Shown: positions 61,701-64,000 of the stretch, in pieces
How positions within the stretch are numbered: the first letter of the stretch is position 1
Layout: the number at the start of each line of letters is the position of its first letter
The notes under the pieces: model-generated
The model's database searches: none
Told to the model about the DNA's origin: nothing
The model's input: only the letters and a program-made list of their open reading frames with translations
Assembly (NCBI GenBank): GCA_030704615.1
Contig: CM060731.1
Span: 40,176,001 to 40,240,000 of the forward strand
DNA: 64,000 nt
From: Takakia lepidozioides
Taxonomy: Eukaryota; Plantae; Bryophyta
Direction: 5' to 3'
Position numbers and translations under genes: made by a program

Positions 61701-64000
61701 CCTACCTATCTGAAGCATGGCCAGTGGTCCTGGAAGCGGTGACTCTGGATGCTGTTCCTGCATCAACTGGAGAGCCTAAAGAAAAGGAAAATACTAAGTC
61801 AGGCACAGGCAAAGGCCTAGAAATAAATGCAGTGGAATTCAAGCAGATATGGGGGCTCGCCATTCTCATGTTAAGCGGTGAGGAGCCTAAGGGATTGGAC
61901 AGTAAGCGCTCCATCACAAGCTTTCCTTCCTTCAATGGACGCCTTCTTAGCACTGGTCCAGCATTCAATTATCAGCTTGTAGCCCTACGTGCGCTTCGAT
62001 GCCTTTGTGCGAAAGGGTTTTACAAACCTGACATGCTCTCTATTGATCTCTGCCAAGAACTTCTGCAGGTTTGTCAATTTTCTTATTAAGTGCAAGCCTC
62101 TAAATGGAGATGAATAGTTTTTCCCTCAAGCTGTCGACATAAGTGCACTACCTATCCTTTGTGTGGCTAGAGTAGTTTAACCTTTATTCGGGTTGCATGC
62201 TACATTTGTGCAGTTCGTCTGATTCAAGCACCAACCACTTACCATGTCATTTACTTCAAGCCAGATATAGTTGATTAGGTCTTTCACTGTGAGTTTTGAT
62301 GCAGCTTCTTTAGTTCTTGATCAGCTTTGTAAGGGGAGAAGCATTGTTACCCATGTGTAATTGATTAATCATTCACTCCAAGTTTTGTGTTTGTAGCATC
62401 TTGTACCTAAGAAGAAGTTTGTTTACTTCATTACACTGCTAGTTGGATCAGGGTGCAATGTTTGCCACTCTCTGACGCTGTGATTGGCATGCATAGATTC
62501 TATTGGACCCCCGCTTCCAGAAGTACTCTGGATCTGCAGCTGCTATTGTGTACCTCGTAGAGCAGGTATTCGGCGAAGTTGTTTGAAAGCTGCGATCTCT
62601 TGATTTTCTTGGCAGTTTGAGTTACATGGACTGCATGTTCTGTCATGCTTTTAGTTAGATGAGGGGATGCTCTGTTTAGGAGGTGAAGAGATGTACCGAT
62701 GACTGTCCCGTTCCTGTTGTGGGGTTTCTGCACACCTAGACTTAGAATCTCAGACAAAAATTGCAACAACTGTCCTTGCGATTGACTATCAGGTCGCAGG
62801 GTGTATACACATACTGGTATGGACATCATGATACAAATCACAATGTGGCACTCCTGTTCCAGCCCCAGATCTCACACAGATGTGACATGTTTGGCTGTGA
62901 GTACAATGCCAGTACAGTGTGCTTGAGAAAGGGCAGGAGATGGAATTGCCAAGAGAGGGAGAGAGAGATTGTACTCATAAGACGTTGTTTGCCGTAGCCT
63001 TGTGGCCATTGACCCCGCGCCCAGTTTGAGCGGGAACAAAAGGGACAGAACCTACCTCTGTCAGGGGCTGACGTTGGTAGTAAGACTTACCTCCATATAA
63101 AGAATTAATCCGGGTTTTCCAGATATCCTCTAGAAATCCCTTCACACAAGCATCAATCTGCTGTGTGTGATTTGCCCAAAAACTAGGCCTCAGGAGGGCC
63201 TGGGCTTTTGGCTCAGCCTCGAGACTTTCAAAGTTGGTAAACAGGGGTACAGGCACAATTCCCTTAATAGATTTGAAGAGAGCGTCTCTTTGGTGAGAGA
63301 ACCCCGGACAGTGTATCAGAAAATGAATACTGTCTTCAGATTGCCCACACAACGGGCAATTGCACTCTCCCTTTCCTCTCTGCTTCTGTTTGCTGTTCAA
63401 AGGTAGGCTTCCTGCCCTGAGTTTAAATTTCAGTCTAGTGCCGAGAGTGGGTAGACCCTTGAGGTCATCCAAGATGTCCTCCCCCATGTCACAGACTGGA
63501 AACAAGTTCAGGGAAGTTTTCTGCCTAACTTCATTTTCATCAGACAATCTCATGGCAACAGACATGGCTGAGGACACTACAGCCTCTAAGTCAGATTTAT
63601 CCAGCAGGGTCAAGACTTGCGGATCCAGGTCCAGGTCCTTGAGGATCTCTGCTACTCTTCTGCCAGGACTTAGCCTGTTTGACAGGGCGGTCCTGTTTCC
63701 AAGTATAGAGTCGATTAACTTAGGATATCTGGTGTTGGGCATATGTTGCAGCTGACCCCACCATCTGACCTTGAATTCATCTCGTCGGTAGCTTAAGGAC
63801 GGAACGCCAAACTCACCCTGAACAGCCACTTTGGCTGTTTTGGAGCATGCTGACATACACTCCTTAAGCACCCACACTTGAATGGATTCTAGAGACTTAG
63901 CCTGGTTGGAGTTATCAACCCATATAGCAGATCCGTACTCCAAGGCAGGTCTAATAACGCGACAAAGCATGGTTTTCTTAACCTCAGAGTTGACCCCTCT
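40727..64000 (+). CDS. SWEETIE: SWEETIE / HEAT repeat-containing protein 5 (multi-exon, continues beyond window)
   Basis: Exon 1 (40727-40876) LSKLGILVAQLESIV..PEPLICFDLL. Exon 2 (42059-42275) QRKGEDAL..RPPVRRLAS..GDSISIYSRASSLQGWL. Exon 3 GAAQCLGSLY..ITSGLLETTSIV. Later exons include VRVEAALTLRSLAEVDPTC, DIFEDELRAFEGGADGLLPCVW, GRLINAIVAVLGPELAPGS and RYKTRLFAAE. The last recognised exon is ~62497-62565. Confidence 0.92.
46142..47232 (+). mobile_element. 5'-truncated LINE (family A; RTE/RTEX-like C-terminus) in SWEETIE intron
   Basis: IRPALEYGSAIW thumb region and CPLC..EDSIHFLIHCP zinc knuckle. TSD TCTCTTCAG at 46133-46141 and 47233-47241. Confidence 0.85.
56949..58024 (-). mobile_element. 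Second family-B LINE fragment inserted in opposite orientation
   Basis: Minus strand reads LRIETGRWENMQQEDRLCPAC..E..HFFYCPLYYEIRGRF. The 3' end ..ccgcggacgttataaagcac(cattt)n is at 56949-57010. Confidence 0.65.
57326..58006 (+). mobile_element. 5'-truncated LINE family A, copy 2
   Basis: Near-identical to 46553-47232. 13-bp TSD TCTATCCGTAAAA at 57313-57325 and 58007-58019. Confidence 0.88.
62969..64000 (-). mobile_element. LINE family A, copy 3 (extends beyond window)
   Basis: ORF 62975-63970 is near-identical to copies 1 and 2, with the same 3' end ttatgagtacaa. Confidence 0.88.

Overview
Eukaryotic nuclear DNA from a land plant, most likely a bryophyte or other seed-free lineage (inferred from gene and TE style, not proven). 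The left half (1-33 kb) holds TEs and pseudogenes. These are an AUGMIN5 pseudogene whose first intron carries a CRE-like RLE retrotransposon with ~150-bp inverted termini, a DUF247 fragment, a TTAA/piggyBac-type non-autonomous element, and an 11.5-kb Ty3-derived element with a truncated second copy. The Ty3-derived element encodes Gag, protease, a DNMT3-like cytosine methyltransferase, a DDE integrase and a PHD finger. It has lost RT/RNase H, and it is bounded by Ngaro/PAT-style split direct repeats (A1-ORFs-B1-A2-B2) plus a 4-bp TSD rather than ordinary LTRs. The right half holds two genes. One is a 7-exon gene whose spliced product joins a transit peptide and three OSB-type PDF (ssDNA-binding) motifs to a complete PLS-PPR-E-DYW RNA-editing deaminase; the ORF track shows only its last exon. 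The other is the 5' part of SWEETIE/HEATR5, whose introns contain several 5'-truncated and nested LINEs. The two best candidates for undescribed systems are the PDF-PPR-DYW fusion and the split-repeat, DNMT-carrying DDE retroelement. All alignments were made by eye.
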